Source: Laetmonice hystrix (Eukaryota). Taken from it: 64,000 bases of DNA. The DNA lies in assembly GCA_965235115.1 (NCBI GenBank), contig OZ249440.1, positions 31,932,001 through 31,996,000 of the forward strand, in the 5' to 3' direction. The first letter of the stretch is position 1. Each line of letters opens with the position of its first letter. The translations under genes were made by a program, and so were the position numbers. The notes beneath the pieces were generated by a model. It made no database searches. It worked only from the letters and a program-made list of their open reading frames with translations, and was not told the origin of the DNA. This document shows positions 10,601-25,482 of this stretch, one piece after another.

Positions 10601-11935
10601 AGAGGGGGGTGTTGGCTGGGTGGTTCGGGGTAATGTCTAAGGGCCAGTCAGCCATATCATGGGGATTGGGAAGGGGGAGGGTGGTGGCTCAGTGGTTCCG
10701 GGTAATGTCTAAGGGCCAGTCAGCCATATCATGGGGATTGGGAAGAGGGAGGGTGTTGGCTGAGTGGTTCGAGGTAATGTCTAAGGGCCAGCCAGCCATA
10801 TCATGGGGATTGGGAAGAGGGAGGCTGTTGGCTGAGTGGTTCGGGGTAATGTCTGAGGGCCAGTCAGCCATATCATGAGGATTGGGAAGAGGGAGGGTGT
10901 TGGCTGAGTGGTTCGGGGTAATGTCTGAGGGCCAGTCAGCCATATCATGGGGATTGGGAAGAGGGAGGGTGTTGGCTGGGTGGTTCGGGGTAATGTCTGA
11001 GGGCTAGTCAGCAATATCATGGGGATTGGGAAGGGGGAGGGTGTTGGCTGGGTGGTTCCGGGTAATGTCTAAGGGCCAGTCAGCCATATCATGGGGATTG
11101 GGAAGAGGGAGGGTGTTGGCTGAGTGGTTCGGGGTAATGTCTGAGGGCCAGTCAGCCATATCATGGGGATTGGGAAGAGGGAGGGTGTTGTCTGAGTGGT
11201 TAGGGATAACATCTGAGGGCCACTCAACCATATCATTGGGATTGGAAAGAGGGGGGAAGGTGTTGGCTGAGTGGTTAGGCTTAACGTCACATGGCCAGTT
11301 AGCCATATTATAGGGGTTTGGAATTCGAGTCATCTTATCATCATTTATGATCATTGTCATTCCCCGTGGGGCCCGGGGAACAATAGGCCCCATTCGTTTC
11401 ATCACCCTGTGGGAGTGAGTGTGGGGAAGGTGTTAGTTGTGTGGTTAGAGGTAATTTCTGAGGGCCAGACAGCCACAGCATGTGGATTGGGAAGGGGATG
11501 AGATGTCGGCTAAGTGTTTGGAGGGAATGTCTGAAGACCAATTAGTCATGTCAGGGATTGGGAGGGGCGTATAGGATTGGTTGGAGGTGGTAGTATAGAA
11601 AAAAAACGAAAAATAGCCCCAAAAAATCAAAAGAGAAAAAAATGAAACAACAGTTTGTGGGTAATGGATGTCGCAGTACTGAGATATGTCTGCTGGGTGT
11701 TTATATCAAGGTTAATTTGACTTCGCTGTACTGGAGCGTCACTCTGGGTGGTTGGAGGTGGTAGTATAGAAGAAAAGGGGAAACATACCCAAAAAATCAC
11801 AAAAGAAAACAATGAAAAAAAGTTTGTTGGTGTTGACCCTTCAGATGAAATATCTGCACTGTGTTACGACGCCACCCCTGCACACATGTAATTCTTGTCT
11901 TGTTGTAACTGAATGACTGTAGTAAAAATCAACAA

Positions 11936-14900
11936 TGATGAATTTGGTTGAGTGGTTAGAGGTAATGTCTTAGGGCCAGACAGCCGTATCATGGGGATTA
12001 GGAAGAGGGGAAGGTGTTGGCTGAGTCGTTCGGGATAATGTCTAAAGGCCAGTCGGCCATATCATGGAGATTGTGAAGGGATGAAGGTGTTGGCTGAGTG
12101 GTTCGGGGTAATGTCTGAGGGCCAGTCAGCCATATCATGAGGATTGGGAAGGGGGAGGGTGTTGGCTGAGTGGTTCGGGGTAATGTCTCAGGGACAGTCA
12201 GCCATATCATGGGGATTGGGAAGAGGGAGGGTGTTGGCTGGGTGTTTCGGGGTAATGTCTGAGGGCCAGTCAGCCATATTATGGGGATTGGGAAGGGGGA
12301 GGCTGTTGGCTGAGTGGTTTGGGGTAATGTCTGATGGCCAATCAGCCATATCATGGGGATTGGGAAGAGGGAGGATGTTGGCTGAGTGGTTCGGGGTAAT
12401 GTCTGAGGGCCAGTCAGCCATATCATGGGGATTGGGAAAAGGGAGGGTGTTGGCTGAGTGGTTCGGGGTAAAAAAGTCTGAGGGCCAGTCAGCCATATCA
12501 TGGGGATTGGGAAGAGGGAGGGTGTTGGCTGAGTGGTTCGGGGTATTGGCTGAGGGACAGTCAGCCATATCATGGGGATTGGGAAGAGGGAGGGTGTTGG
12601 CTGGGTGGTTCGGGGTAATGTCTGAGGGCCAGTCAGCCATATCATGGGGATTGGGAAGGGGAAGGGTGTTGGCTGAGTGGTTCGGGATAATGTCTGAGGG
12701 CCAATCAGCCATATCATGGGGATTGGGAAGGGGGAGGGTGTTGGCTGAGTGGTTCGGGGTAATGTCTGAGGGCCCGTCAGCCATATCATGGGGATTGGGA
12801 AGAGGGAGGGTGTTGGCTGAGTGGTTCGGGGTAATGTCTAAGGGCCAGTCAGCCATATCATGGGGATAGCGTAGTGGGAGGGTGTTGGCTGAGTGGTTGG
12901 GAGTAATGTCTGAGGGTCAGTCAGCCATATCATGGGGATTGGGAAGAGGGAGGGTGTTGGCTGAGTGGTTAGTGGTAACATCTGAGGGCCAGTCAACCAT
13001 ATCATTGGGATTGGAAAGAGGGGGGAAGGTGTTGGCTGAGTGGTTAGGGTTAACGTCACATGGCCAGTTAGCCATATTATAGGGGTTCGGAATTCGAGTC
13101 ATCTTATCATCATTTATGATCATTGTCATTACCCGTGGGGCCCGGGGAACAATAGGCCCCATTCGTTTCATCTGCCTATGGGAGTGAGTGTGGGGAAGGT
13201 GTTGGTTGTGTGGCTAGAGGTAATGTCTGAGGGCCAGACAGCCACAGCATGTGGATTGGGAAGGGGATGAGATGTCGGCTAAGTGTTTGGAGGGAATGTC
13301 TGAAGACCAATTAGTCATGTCAGGGATTGGGAAGGGGGTATAGGATTGGTTGGAGGTGGTAGTATAGAAGAAAAACGGAAATAGCCCCAAAAAATCAAAA
13401 GAGAAAAAAATGAAACAAAAGTTTGTGGGTAATGGATGTCGCAGTACTGAGATATGTCTGCTAGGTGTTTATATCAAGGTTAATTTGATTTCGCTGTACT
13501 GGAGCGTCACTCTGGGTGGTTGGAGGTGGTAGTATAGAAGAAAAGGGGAAAAATACCCCAAAAATCACAAAAGAAAACAATGAAAAAAAGTTTGTTGGTG
13601 TTGACCCTTCAGATGAAATATCTGCACTGTGTTACGACGCCACCCCTGCACACATGTAATTCTTGTCTTGTTGTAACTGAATGACTGTAGTAAAAATCAA
13701 CAATGATGAATTTGATTGAGTGGTTAGAGGTAATGTCTTAGGGCCAGACAGCCGTATCATGGGGATTAGGAAGAGGGGAAGGTGTTGGCTGAGTCGTTCG
13801 GGATAATGTCTAAAGGCCAGTCGGCCATATCATGGAGATTGTGAAGGGATGAAGGTGTTGGCTGAGTGTTTCGGGGTAATGTCTGACGGCCAGTCAGCCA
13901 TATCATGGGGATTGGGAAGAGGGAGGGTGTTGGCTGAGTGGTTCGGGGTAATGTCTAAGGGCCAGTCAGCCATATCATGGGGATTGGGAAGAGGGAGGGT
14001 GTTGGCTGAGTGGTTCGGGGTAATGTCTGAGGGACAGTCAGCCATATCATGGGGATTGAGAAGAGGGGGGTGTTGGCTGGGTGGTTCGGGGTAATGTCTA
14101 AGGGCCAGTCAGCCATATCATGGGGATTGGGAAGGGGGAGGGTGGTGGCTCAGTGGTTCCGGGTAATGTCTAAGGGCCAGTCAGCCATATCATGGGGATT
14201 GGGAAGAGGGAGGGTGTTGGCTGAGTGGTTCGAGGTAATGTCTAAGGGCCAGCCAGCCATATCATGGGGATTGGGAAGAGGGAGGCTGTTGGCTGAGTGG
14301 TTCGGGGTAATGTCTGAGGGCCAGTCAGCCATATCATGAGGATTGGGAAGAGGGAGGGTGTTGGCTGAGTGGTTCGGGGTAATGTCTGAGGGCCAGTCAG
14401 CCATATCATGGGGATTGGGAAGAGGGAGGGTGTTGGCTGGGTGGTTCGGGGTAATGTCTGAGGGCTAGTCAGCAATATCATGGGGATTGGGAAGGGGGAG
14501 GGTGTTGGCTGGGTGGTTCCGGGTAATGTCTAAGGGCCAGTCAGCCATATCATGGGGATTGGGAAGAGGGAGGGTGTTGGCTGAGTGGTTCAGGGTAATG
14601 TCTGAGGGCCAGTCAGCCATATCATGGGGATTGGGAAGAGGGAGGGTGTTGTCTGAGTGGTTAGGGATAACATCTGAGGGCCACTCAACCATATCATTGG
14701 GATTGGAAAGAGGGGGGAAGGTGTTGGCTGAGTGGTTAGGCTTAACGTCACATGGCCAGTTAGCCATATTATAGGGGTTTGGAATTCGAGTCATCTTATC
14801 ATCATTTATGATCATTGTCATTCCCCGTGGGGCCCGGGGAACAATAGGCCCCATTCGTTTCATCACCCTGTGGGAGTGAGTGTGGGGAAGGTGTTAGTTG

Positions 14901-17900
14901 TGTGGTTAGAGGTAATGTCTGAGGGCCAGACAGCCACAGCATGTGGATTGGGAAGGGGATGAGATGTCGGCTAAGTGTTTGGAGGGAATGTCTGAAGACC
15001 AATTAGTCATGTCAGGGATTGGGAGGGGCGTATAGGATTGGTTGGAGGTGGTAGTATAGAAAAAAAAACGAAAAATAGCCCCAAAAAATCAAAAGAGAAA
15101 AAAATGAAACAACAGTTTGTGGGTAATGGATGTCGCAGTACTGAGATATGTCTGCTGGGTGTTTATATCAAGGTTAATTTGACTTCGCTGTACTGGAGCG
15201 TCACTCTGGGTGGTTGGAGGTGGTAGTATAGAAGAAAAGGGGAAACATACCCAAAAAATCACAAAAGAAAACAATGAAAAAAAGTTTGTTGGTGTTGACC
15301 CTTCAGATGAAATATCTGCACTGTGTTACGACGCCACCCCTGCACACATGTAATTCTTGTCTTGTTGTAACTGAATGACTGTAGTAAAAATCAACAATGA
15401 TGAATTTGGTTGAGTGGTTAGAGGTAATGTCTTAGGGCCAGACAGCCGTATCATGGGGATTAGGAAGAGGGGAAGGTGTTGGCTGAGTCGTTCGGGATAA
15501 TGTCTAAAGGCCAGTCGGCCATATCATGGAGATTGTGAAGGGATGAAGGTGTTGGCTGAGTGTTTCGGGGTAATGTCTGAGGGCCAGTCAGCCATATCAT
15601 GGGGATTGGGAAGAGGGAGGGTGTTGGCTGAGTGGTTCGGGGTAATGTCTGAGGGACAGTCAGCCATATCATGGGGATTGAGAAGAGGGGGGTGTTGGCT
15701 GGGTGGTTCGGGGTAATGTCTGAGGACCAGTCAGCCATATCATGGGGATTGGGAAGGGGGAGGGTGGTGGCTGAGTGGTTCCGGGTAATGTCTAAGGGCC
15801 AGTCAGCCATATCATGGGGATTGGGAAGAGGGAGGGTGTTGGCTGAGTGGTTCGAGGTAATGTCTAAGGGCCAGCCAGCCATATCATGGGGATTGGGAAG
15901 GGGGAGGGTGTTGGCTGAGTGGTTCGGGATAATGTCTGAGGGTCAGTCAGCCATATCATGAGGATTGGGAAGGGGGAGGGTGTTGGCTGAGTGGTTCGGG
16001 GTAATGTCTGAGGGCCAGTCAGCCATATCATGGGGATTGGGAAGAGGGAGGGTGTTGCCTGAGTGGTTAGGGGTAACATCTGAGGGCCAGTCAACCATAT
16101 CATTGGGATTGGAAAGAGGGGGGAAGGTGTTGGCTGAGTGGTTAGGCTTAACGTCACATGGCCAGTTAGCCATATTATAGGGGTTTGGAATTCGAGTCAT
16201 CTTATCATCATTTATGATCATTGTCATTCCCCGTGGGGCCCGGGGAACAATAGGCCCCATTCGTTTCATCACCCTGTGGGAGTGAGTGTGGGGAAGGTGT
16301 TAGTTGTGTGGTTAGAGGTAATTTCTGAGGGCCAGACAGCCACAGCATGTGGATTGGGAAGGGGATGAGATGTCGGCTAAGTGTTTGGAGGGAATGTCTG
16401 AAGACCAATTAGTCATGTCAGGGATTGGGAGGGGCGTATAGGATTGGTTGGAGGTGGTAGTATAGAAAAAAAACGAAAAATAGCCCCAAAAAATCAAAAG
16501 AGAAAAAAATGAAACAACAGTTTGTGGGTAATGGATGTCGCAGTACTGAGATATGTCTGCTGGGTGTTTATATCAAGGTTAATTTGACTTCGCTGTACTG
16601 GAGCGTCACTCTGGGTGGTTGGAGGTGGTAGTATAGAAGAAAAGGGGAAACATACCCAAAAAATCACAAAAGAAAACAATGAAAAAAAGTTTGTTGGTGT
16701 TGACCCTTCAGATGAAATATCTGCACTGTGTTACGACGCCACCCCTGCACACATGTAATTCTTGTCTTGTTGTAACTGAATGACTGTAGTAAAAATCAAC
16801 AATGATGAATTTGGTTGAGTGGTTAGAGGTAATGTCTTAGGGCCAGACAGCCGTATCATGGGGATTAGGAAGAGGGGAAGGTGTTGGCTGAGTCGTTCGG
16901 GATAATGTCTAAAGGCCAGTCGGCCATATCATGGAGATTGTGAAGGGATGAAGGTGTTGGCTGAGTGGTTCGGGGTAATGTCTGAGGGCCAGTCAGCCAT
17001 ATCATGAGGATTGGGAAGGGGGAGGGTGTTGGCTGAGTGGTTCGGGGTAATGTCTCAGGGACAGTCAGCCATATCATGGGGATTGGGAAGAGGGAGGGTG
17101 TTGGCTGGGTGTTTCGGGGTAATGTCTGAGGGCCAGTCAGCCATATTATGGGGATTGGGAAGGGGGAGGCTGTTGGCTGAGTGGTTTGGGGTAATGTCTG
17201 ATGGCCAATCAGCCATATCATGGGGATTGGGAAGAGGGAGGATGTTGGCTGAGTGGTTCGGGGTAATGTCTGAGGGCCAGTCAGCCATATCATGGGGATT
17301 GGGAAAAGGGAGGGTGTTGGCTGAGTGGTTCGGGGTAAAAAAGTCTGAGGGCCAGTCAGCCATATCATGGGGATTGGGAAGAGGGAGGGTGTTGGCTGAG
17401 TGGTTCGGGGTATTGGCTGAGGGACAGTCAGCCATATCATGGGGATTGGGAAGAGGGAGGGTGTTGGCTGGGTGGTTCGGGGTAATGTCTGAGGGCCAGT
17501 CAGCCATATCATGGGGATTGGGAAGGGGAAGGGTGTTGGCTGAGTGGTTCGGGATAATGTCTGAGGGCCAATCAGCCATATCATGGGGATTGGGAAGGGG
17601 GAGGGTGTTGGCTGAGTGGTTCGGGGTAATGTCTGAGGGCCCGTCAGCCATATCATGGGGATTGGGAAGAGGGAGGGTGTTGGCTGAGTGGTTCGGGGTA
17701 ATGTCTAAGGGCCAGTCAGCCATATCATGGGGATAGCGTAGTGGGAGGGTGTTGGCTGAGTGGTTGGGAGTAATGTCTGAGGGTCAGTCAGCCATATCAT
17801 GGGGATTGGGAAGAGGGAGGGTGTTGGCTGAGTGGTTAGTGGTAACATCTGAGGGCCAGTCAACCATATCATTGGGATTGGAAAGAGGGGGGAAGGTGTT

Positions 17901-20900
17901 GGCTGAGTGGTTAGGGTTAACGTCACATGGCCAGTTAGCCATATTATAGGGGTTCGGAATTCGAGTCATCTTATCATCATTTATGATCATTGTCATTACC
18001 CGTGGGGCCCGGGGAACAATAGGCCCCATTCGTTTCATCACCCTATGGGAGTGAGTGTGGGGAAGGTGTTGGTTGTGTGGCTAGAGGTAATGTCTGAGGG
18101 CCAGACAGCCACAGCATGTGGATTGGGAAGGGGATGAGATGTCGGCTAAGTGTTTGGAGGGAATGTCTGAAGACCAATTAGTCATGTCAGGGATTGGGAA
18201 GGGGGTATAGGATTGGTTGGAGGTGGTAGTATAGAAGAAAAATGGAAATAGCCCCAAAAAATCAAAAGAGAAAAAAATGAAACAAAAGTTTGTGGGTAAT
18301 GGATGTCGCAGTACTGAGATATGTCTGCTAGGTGTTTATATCAAGGTTAATTTGATTTCGCTGTACTGGAGCGTCACTCTGGGTGGTTGGAGGTGGTAGT
18401 ATAGAAGAAAAGGGGAAAAATACCCCAAAAATCACAAAAGAAAACAATGAAAAAAAGTTTGTTGGTGTTGACCCTTCAGATGAAATATCTGCACTGTGTT
18501 ACGACGCCACCCCTGCACACATGTAATTCTTGTCTTGTTGTAACTGAATGACTGTAGTAAAAATCAACAATGATGAATTTGATTGAGTGGTTAGAGGTAA
18601 TGTCTTAGGGCCAGACAGCCGTATCATGGGGATTAGGAAGAGGGGAAGGTGTTGGCTGAGTCGTTCGGGATAATGTCTAAAGGCCAGTCGGCCATATCAT
18701 GGAGATTGTGAAGGGATGAAGGTGTTGGCTGAGTGTTTCGGGGTAATGTCTGACGGCCAGTCAGCCATATCATGGGGATTGGGAAGAGGGAGGGTGTTGG
18801 CTGAGTGGTTCGGGGTAATGTCTAAGGGCCAGTCAGCCATATCATGGAGATTGGGAAGAGGGAGGGTGTTGGCTGAGTGGTTCGGGGTAATGTCTGAGGG
18901 ACAGTCAGCCATATCATGGGGATTGAGAAGAGGGGGGTGTTGGCTGGGTGGTTCGGGGTAATGTCTAAGGGCCAGTCAGCCATATCATGGGGATTGGGAA
19001 GGGGGAGGGTGGTGGCTCAGTGGTTCCGGGTAATGTCTAAGGGCCAGTCAGCCATATCATGGGGATTGGGAAGAGGGAGGGTGTTGGCTGAGTGGTTCGA
19101 GGTAATGTCTAAGGGCCAGCCAGCCATATCATGGGGATTGGGAAGAGGGAGGCTGTTGGCTGAGTGGTTCGGGGTAATGTCTGAGGGCCAGTCAGCCATA
19201 TCATGAGGATTGGGAAGAGGGAGGGTGTTGGCTGAGTGGTTCGGGGTAATGTCTGAGGGCCAGTCAGCCATATCATGGGGATTGGGAAGAGGGAGGGTGT
19301 TGGCTGGGTGGTTCGGGGTAATGTCTGAGGGCTAGTCAGCAATATCATGGGGATTGGGAAGGGGGAGGGTGTTGGCTGGGTGGTTCCGGGTAATGTCTAA
19401 GGGCCAGTCAGCCATATCATGGGGATTGGGAAGAGGGAGGGTGTTGGCTGAGTGGTTCGGGGTAATGTCTGAGGGCCAGTCAGCCATATCATGGGGATTG
19501 GGAAGAGGGAGGGTGTTGTCTGAGTGGTTAGGGATAACATCTGAGGGCCACTCAACCATATCATTGGGATTGGAAAGAGGGGGGAAGGTGTTGGCTGAGT
19601 GGTTAGGCTTAACGTCACATGGCCAGTTAGCCATATTATAGGGGTTTGGAATTCGAGTCATCTTATCATCATTTATGATCATTGTCATTCCCCGTGGGGC
19701 CCGGGGAACAATAGGCCCCATTCGTTTCATCACCCTGTGGGAGTGAGTGTGGGGAAGGTGTTAGTTGTGTGGTTAGAGGTAATGTCTGAGGGCCAGACAG
19801 CCACAGCATGTGGATTGGGAAGGGGATGAGATGTCGGCTAAGTGTTTGGAGGGAATGTCTGAAGACCAATTAGTCATGTCAGGGATTGGGAGGGGCGTAT
19901 AGGATTGGTTGGAGGTGGTAGTATAGAAAAAAAAACGAAAAATAGCCCCAAAAAATCAAAAGAGAAAAAAATGAAACAACAGTTTGTGGGTAATGGATGT
20001 CGCAGTACTGAGATATGTCTGCTGGGTGTTTATATCAAGGTTAATTTGACTTCGCTGTACTGGAGCGTCACTCTGGGTGGTTGGAGGTGGTAGTATAGAA
20101 GAAAAGGGGAAACATACCCAAAAAATCACAAAAGAAAACAATGAAAAAAAGTTTGTTGGTGTTGACCCTTCAGATGAAATATCTGCACTGTGTTACGACG
20201 CCACCCCTGCACACATGTAATTCTTGTCTTGTTGTAACTGAATGACTGTAGTAAAAATCAACAATGATGAATTTGGTTGAGTGGTTAGAGGTAATGTCTT
20301 AGGGCCAGACAGCCGTATCATGGGGATTAGGAAGAGGGGAAGGTGTTGGCTGAGTCGTTCGGGATAATGTCTAAAGGCCAGTCGGCCATATCATGGAGAT
20401 TGTGAAGGGATGAAGGTGTTGGCTGAGTGTTTCGGGGTAATGTCTGAGGGCCAGTCAGCCATATCATGGGGATTGGGAAGAGGGAGGGTGTTGGCTGAGT
20501 GGTTCGGGGTAATGTCTGAGGGACAGTCAGCCATATCATGGGGATTGAGAAGAGGGGGGTGTTGGCTGGGTGGTTCGGGGTAATGTCTGAGGACCAGTCA
20601 GCCATATCATGGGGATTGGGAAGGGGGAGGGTGGTGGCTGAGTGGTTCCGGGTAATGTCTAAGGGCCAGTCAGCCATATCATGGGGATTGGGAAGAGGGA
20701 GGGTGTTGGCTGAGTGGTTCGAGGTAATGTCTAAGGGCCAGCCAGCCATATCATGGGGATTGGGAAGGGGGAGGGTGTTGGCTGAGTGGTTCGGGATAAT
20801 GTCTGAGGGTCAGTCAGCCATATCATGAGGATTGGGAAGGGGGAGGGTGTTGGCTGAGTGGTTCGGGGTAATGTCTGAGGGCCAGTCAGCCATATCATGG

Positions 20901-21667
20901 GGATTGGGAAGAGGGAGGGTGTTGCCTGAGTGGTTAGGGGTAACATCTGAGGGCCAGTCAACCATATCATTGGGATTGGAAAGAGGGGGGAAGGTGTTGG
21001 CTGAGTGGTTAGGGTTAACGTCACATGGCCAGTTAGCCATATTATAGGGGTTCGGAATTCGAGTCATCTTATCATCATTTATGATCATTGTCATTACCCG
21101 TGGGGCCCGGGGAACAATAGGCCCCATTCGTTTCATCACCCTGTGGGAGTGAGTGTGGGGAAGGTGTTGGTTGTGTGGCTAGAGGTAATGTCTGAGGGCC
21201 AGACAGCCACAGCATGTGGATTGGGAAGGGGATGAAATGTCGGCTAAGTGTTTGGAGGGAATGTCTGAAGACCAATTAGTCATGTCAGGGATTGGGAAGG
21301 GGGTATAGGATTGGTTGGAGGTGGTAGTATAGAAGAAAAACGAAAATAGCCCCAAAAAATCAAAAGAGAAAAAAATGAAACAAAAGTTTGTGGGTAATGG
21401 ATGTCGCAGTACTGAGATATGTCTGCTAGGTGTTTATATCAAGGTTAATTTGATTTCGCTGTACTGGAGCGTCACTCTGGGTGGTTGGAGGTGGTAGTAT
21501 AGAAGAAAAGGGGAAAATACCCAAAAAATCACAAAAGAAAACAATGAAAAAAAGTTTGTGGGTGTTGACCCTTCAGATGAAATATCTGCACTGTGTCACG
21601 ACGCTACCCCTGCACACATGTAATTCTTGTCTTGTTGTAACTGAATGACTATAGTAAAAATCAACAA
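11936..21667. repeat. B-A-C trimer higher-order repeat, 2 copies, ~4867-bp period
   Basis: Units of 1768, 1694 and ~1405 bp repeat. Private variants (TTAGTGGTAAC, TCTGACGGCC) are shared at the 4867-bp offset. Confidence 0.9.
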
Positions 21668-24600
21668 TGATGAATTTGGTTGAGTGGTTAGAGGTAATGT
21701 CTTAGGGCCAGACAGCCGTGTCATGGGGATTAGGAAGAGGGGAAGGTGTTGGCTGAGTCGTTCGGGATAATGTCTTAAGGTCAGTCGGCCATATCATGGA
21801 GATTGTGAAGGGATAAAGTTGTTGGCTGAGTGGTTCGGGGTAATGTCTGAGGGCCAGTCAGCCATATCATGAGGATTGGGAAGGGGGAGGGTGTTGGCTG
21901 AGTGGTTCGGGGTAATGTCTAAGGGCCAGTCAGCCATATCATGGGGATTGGGAATAGGGAGGGTGTTGGCTGAGTGGTTCGGGGTAATGTCTAAGGGCCA
22001 GTCAGCCATATCATGGGAATTGGGAAGAGGGAGGGTGTTGGCTGAGTGGTTCGGGGTAATGTCTCAGGGACAGTCAGCCATATCATGAGGATTGGAAAGA
22101 GGGAGGGTGTTGGCCGAGTGGTTCGGGGTAATGTCTGAGGGCCAGTCAGCCATATTATGGGGATTGGGAAGAGGGAGGGTGTTGGCTGAGTGGTTCGGGG
22201 TAATGTCTGAGGGACAGTCAGCCATATCATGGGGATTGGAAAGAGGGAGGGTGTTGGCTGAGTGGTTCGGGGTAATGTCTCATGGACAGTCAGCCATATC
22301 ATGGGGATTGGGAAGAGGGAGGGTGTTGGCTGGGTGTTTCGGGGTAATGTCTGAGGGCCAGTCAGCCATATTATGGGGATTGGGAAGGGGGGGGGGTGTT
22401 GGCTGAGTGGTTTGGGGTAATGTCTGATGGCCAATCAGCCATATCATGGGGATTGGGAAGAGGGAGGGTGTTGGCTGAGTGGTTTGGGGTAATGTCTGAT
22501 GGCCAATCAGCCATATCATGGGGATTGGGAAGAGGGAGGATGTTGGCTGAGTGGTTCGGGGTAAAGTCTGAGGGCCAGTCAGCCATATCATGGGGATTGG
22601 GAAGAGGGAGGGTGTTGGCTGAGTGGTTCGGGGTAATGGCTGAGGGACAGTCAGCCATATCATGGGGATTGGGAAGAGGGAGGGTGTTGGCTGGGTGGTT
22701 CGGGGTAATGTCTGAGGGCCAGTCAGCCATATCATGGGGATTGGGAAGGGGAAGGGTGTTGGCTGAGTGGTTCGGGGTAATGTCTGAGGGCCAATCAGCC
22801 ATATCATGGGGATTGGGAAGGGGGAGGGTGTTGGCTGAGTGGTTCGGGATAATGTCTGAGGGCCAGTCAGCCATATCATGAGGATTGGGAAGAGGGAGGG
22901 TGTTGGCTGAGTGGTTCGGGGTAATGTCTCAGGGCCCGTCAGCCATATCATGGGGATTGGGAAGAGGGAGGGTGTTGGCTGAGTGGTTCGGGGTAATGTC
23001 TAAGGGCCAGTCAGTCATATCATGGGGATTGCGTAGAGGGAGGGTGTTGGCTGAGTGGTTGGGAGTAATGTCTGAGGGTCAGTCAGCCATATCATGGGGA
23101 TTGGGAAGAGGGAGGGTGTTGGCTGAGTGGTTAGGGGTAACGTCACATGGCCAGTTAGCCATATTATAGGGGTTCGGAATTCGAGTCATCTTATCATCAT
23201 TTATGATCATTGTCATTCCCCGTGGGGCCCGGGGAACAATAGGCCCCATTCGTTTCATCACCCTGTGGGAGTGAGTGTGCGGAAGGTTTTGGTTGTGTGG
23301 TTAGAGGTAATGTCTGAGAGCCAGACAGCCACAGCATGTGGATTGGGAAGGGGATGAGATGTCGGCTAAGTGTTTGGAGGGAATGTCTGAAGACCAATCA
23401 GTCATGTCAGGGATTGGGAAGGGGGATATAGGATTGGTTGGAGGTAGTAGTATAGAAGAAAAACGAAAAATAGTCCCAAAAAATCAAAAGAAAAAAAAAT
23501 GAAACAAAAGTTTGTGGGTAATGGATGTCGCAGTACTTAGATATGTCTGCTGGGTGTTTATATCAAGGTTAATTTGATTTCGCTGTACTGGAGCGTCACT
23601 CTGGGTGGTTGGAGGTGGTAGTATAGAAGAAAAGGGGAAAATGCCCCAAAAATCACAAAAGAAAACAATGAAAAAAAGTTTGTGGGTGTTGACCCTTCAG
23701 ATGAAATATCTGCACTGTGTCACGACGCCACCCCTGCACACATGTAATTCTTGTCTTGTTGTAACTGAATGACTATAGTAAAAATCAACAATGATGAATT
23801 TGGTTGAGTGGTTAGAGGTAATGTCTTACGGCCAGACAGCCGTATCATGGGGATTAGGAAGAGGGGAAGGTGTTGGCTGAGTCGTTCGGGATAATGTCTA
23901 AAGGCCAGTCGGCCATATCATGGAGATTGTGAAGGGATGAAGGTGTTGGCTGAGTGTTTTGGGGTAATGTCTGAGGGCCAGTCAGCCATATCATGGGGAT
24001 TGGGAAGAGGGAGGGTGTTGGCTGAGTGGTTCGGGGTAATGTCTAAGGGCCAGTCAGCCATATCATGGGGATTGGGAAGAGGGAGGCTGTTGGCTGAGTG
24101 GTTCGGGGTAATGTCTGAGGGACAGTCAGCCATATCATGGGGATTGGAAAGAGGGAGGGTGTTGGCTGAGTGGTTCGGGGTAATGTCTGAGGGACAGTCA
24201 GCCATATCATGGGGATTGAGAAGAGAGGGGTGTTGGCTGGGTGGTTCGGGGTAATGTCTGAGGACCAGTCAGCCATATCATGGGGATTGGGAAGGGGGAG
24301 GGTGGTGGCTGAGTGGTTCCGGGTAATGTCTAAGGGCCAGTCAGCCATATCATGGGGATTGGGAAGAGGGAGGGTGTTGGCTGAGTGGTTCGAGGTAATG
24401 TCTAAGGGCCAGCCAGCCATATCTTTGGGATTGGGAAGAGGGAGGCTGTTGGCTGAGTGGTTCGGGGTAATGTCTGAGGGCCAGTCAGCCATATCATGAG
24501 GATTGGGAAGAGGGAGGGTGTTGGCTGAGTGGTTCGGGGTAATGTCTGAGGGCCAGTCAGCCATATCGTGGGGATTGGGAAGAGGGAGGGTGTTGGCTGG

Positions 24601-25482
24601 GTGGTAAGGGGTAATGTCTGAGGGCCAGTCAGCCATATTATGGGGATTGGGAAGAGGGAGGGTGTTGGCTGAGTGGTTCGGGGTAATGACTGAGGGCCAG
24701 TCAGCCATATCATGGGGATTGGGAAGAGGGAGGGTGTTGCCTGAGTGGTTAGGGGTAACATCTGAGGGCCAGTCAACCATATCATTGGGATTGGAAAGAG
24801 AGGGGAAGGTGTTGGCTGAGTGGTTAGGGTTAACGTCACATGGCCAGTTAGCCATATTATAGGGGTTCGGAATTCGAGTCATCTTATCATCATTTATGAT
24901 CATTGTCATTCCCCGTGGGGCCCGGGGAACAATAGGCCCCATTCGTTTCATCACCCTGTGGGAGTGAGTGTGGGGAAGGTTTTGGTTGTGTGGTTAGAGG
25001 TAATGTCTGAGAGCCAGACAGCCACAGCATGTGGATTGGGAAGGGGATGAGATGTCGGCTAAGTGTTTGGAGGGAATGTCTGAAGACCAATCAGTCATGT
25101 CAGGGATTGGGAAGGGGGATATAGGATTGGTTGGAGGTAGTAGTATAGAAGAAAAACGAAAAATAGTCCCAAAAAATCAAACAAAAAAAATGAAACAAAA
25201 GTTTGTGGGTAATGGATGTCGCAGTACTTAGATATGTCTGCTGGGTGTTTATATCAAGGTTAATTCGATTTCGCTGTACTGGAGCGTCACTCTGGGTGGT
25301 TGGAGGTGGTAGTATAGAAGAAAAGGGGAAAATACCCAAAAAATCACAAAAGAAAACAATGAAAAAAAGTTTGTGGGTGTTGACCCTTCAGATGAAATAT
25401 CTGCACTGTGTCACGACGCCACCCCTGCACACATGTAATTCTTGTCTTGTTGTAACTGAATGACTATAGTAAAAATCAACAA

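Larger units (their letters stand above)
1..13703. repeat. A-B dimer higher-order repeat, 4 copies
   Basis: Alternating ~1694-bp and 1768-bp units give periods of 3317, 3462, 3463 and 3461 bp. The first B is 1624 bp, two monomers shorter. Confidence 0.92.

Noticed and set aside
23440..23456. let-7-like string GAGGTAGTAG
   Set aside because: Only about 10 nt match, in one SNP allele of GAGGTGGTAG, and there is no precursor hairpin.
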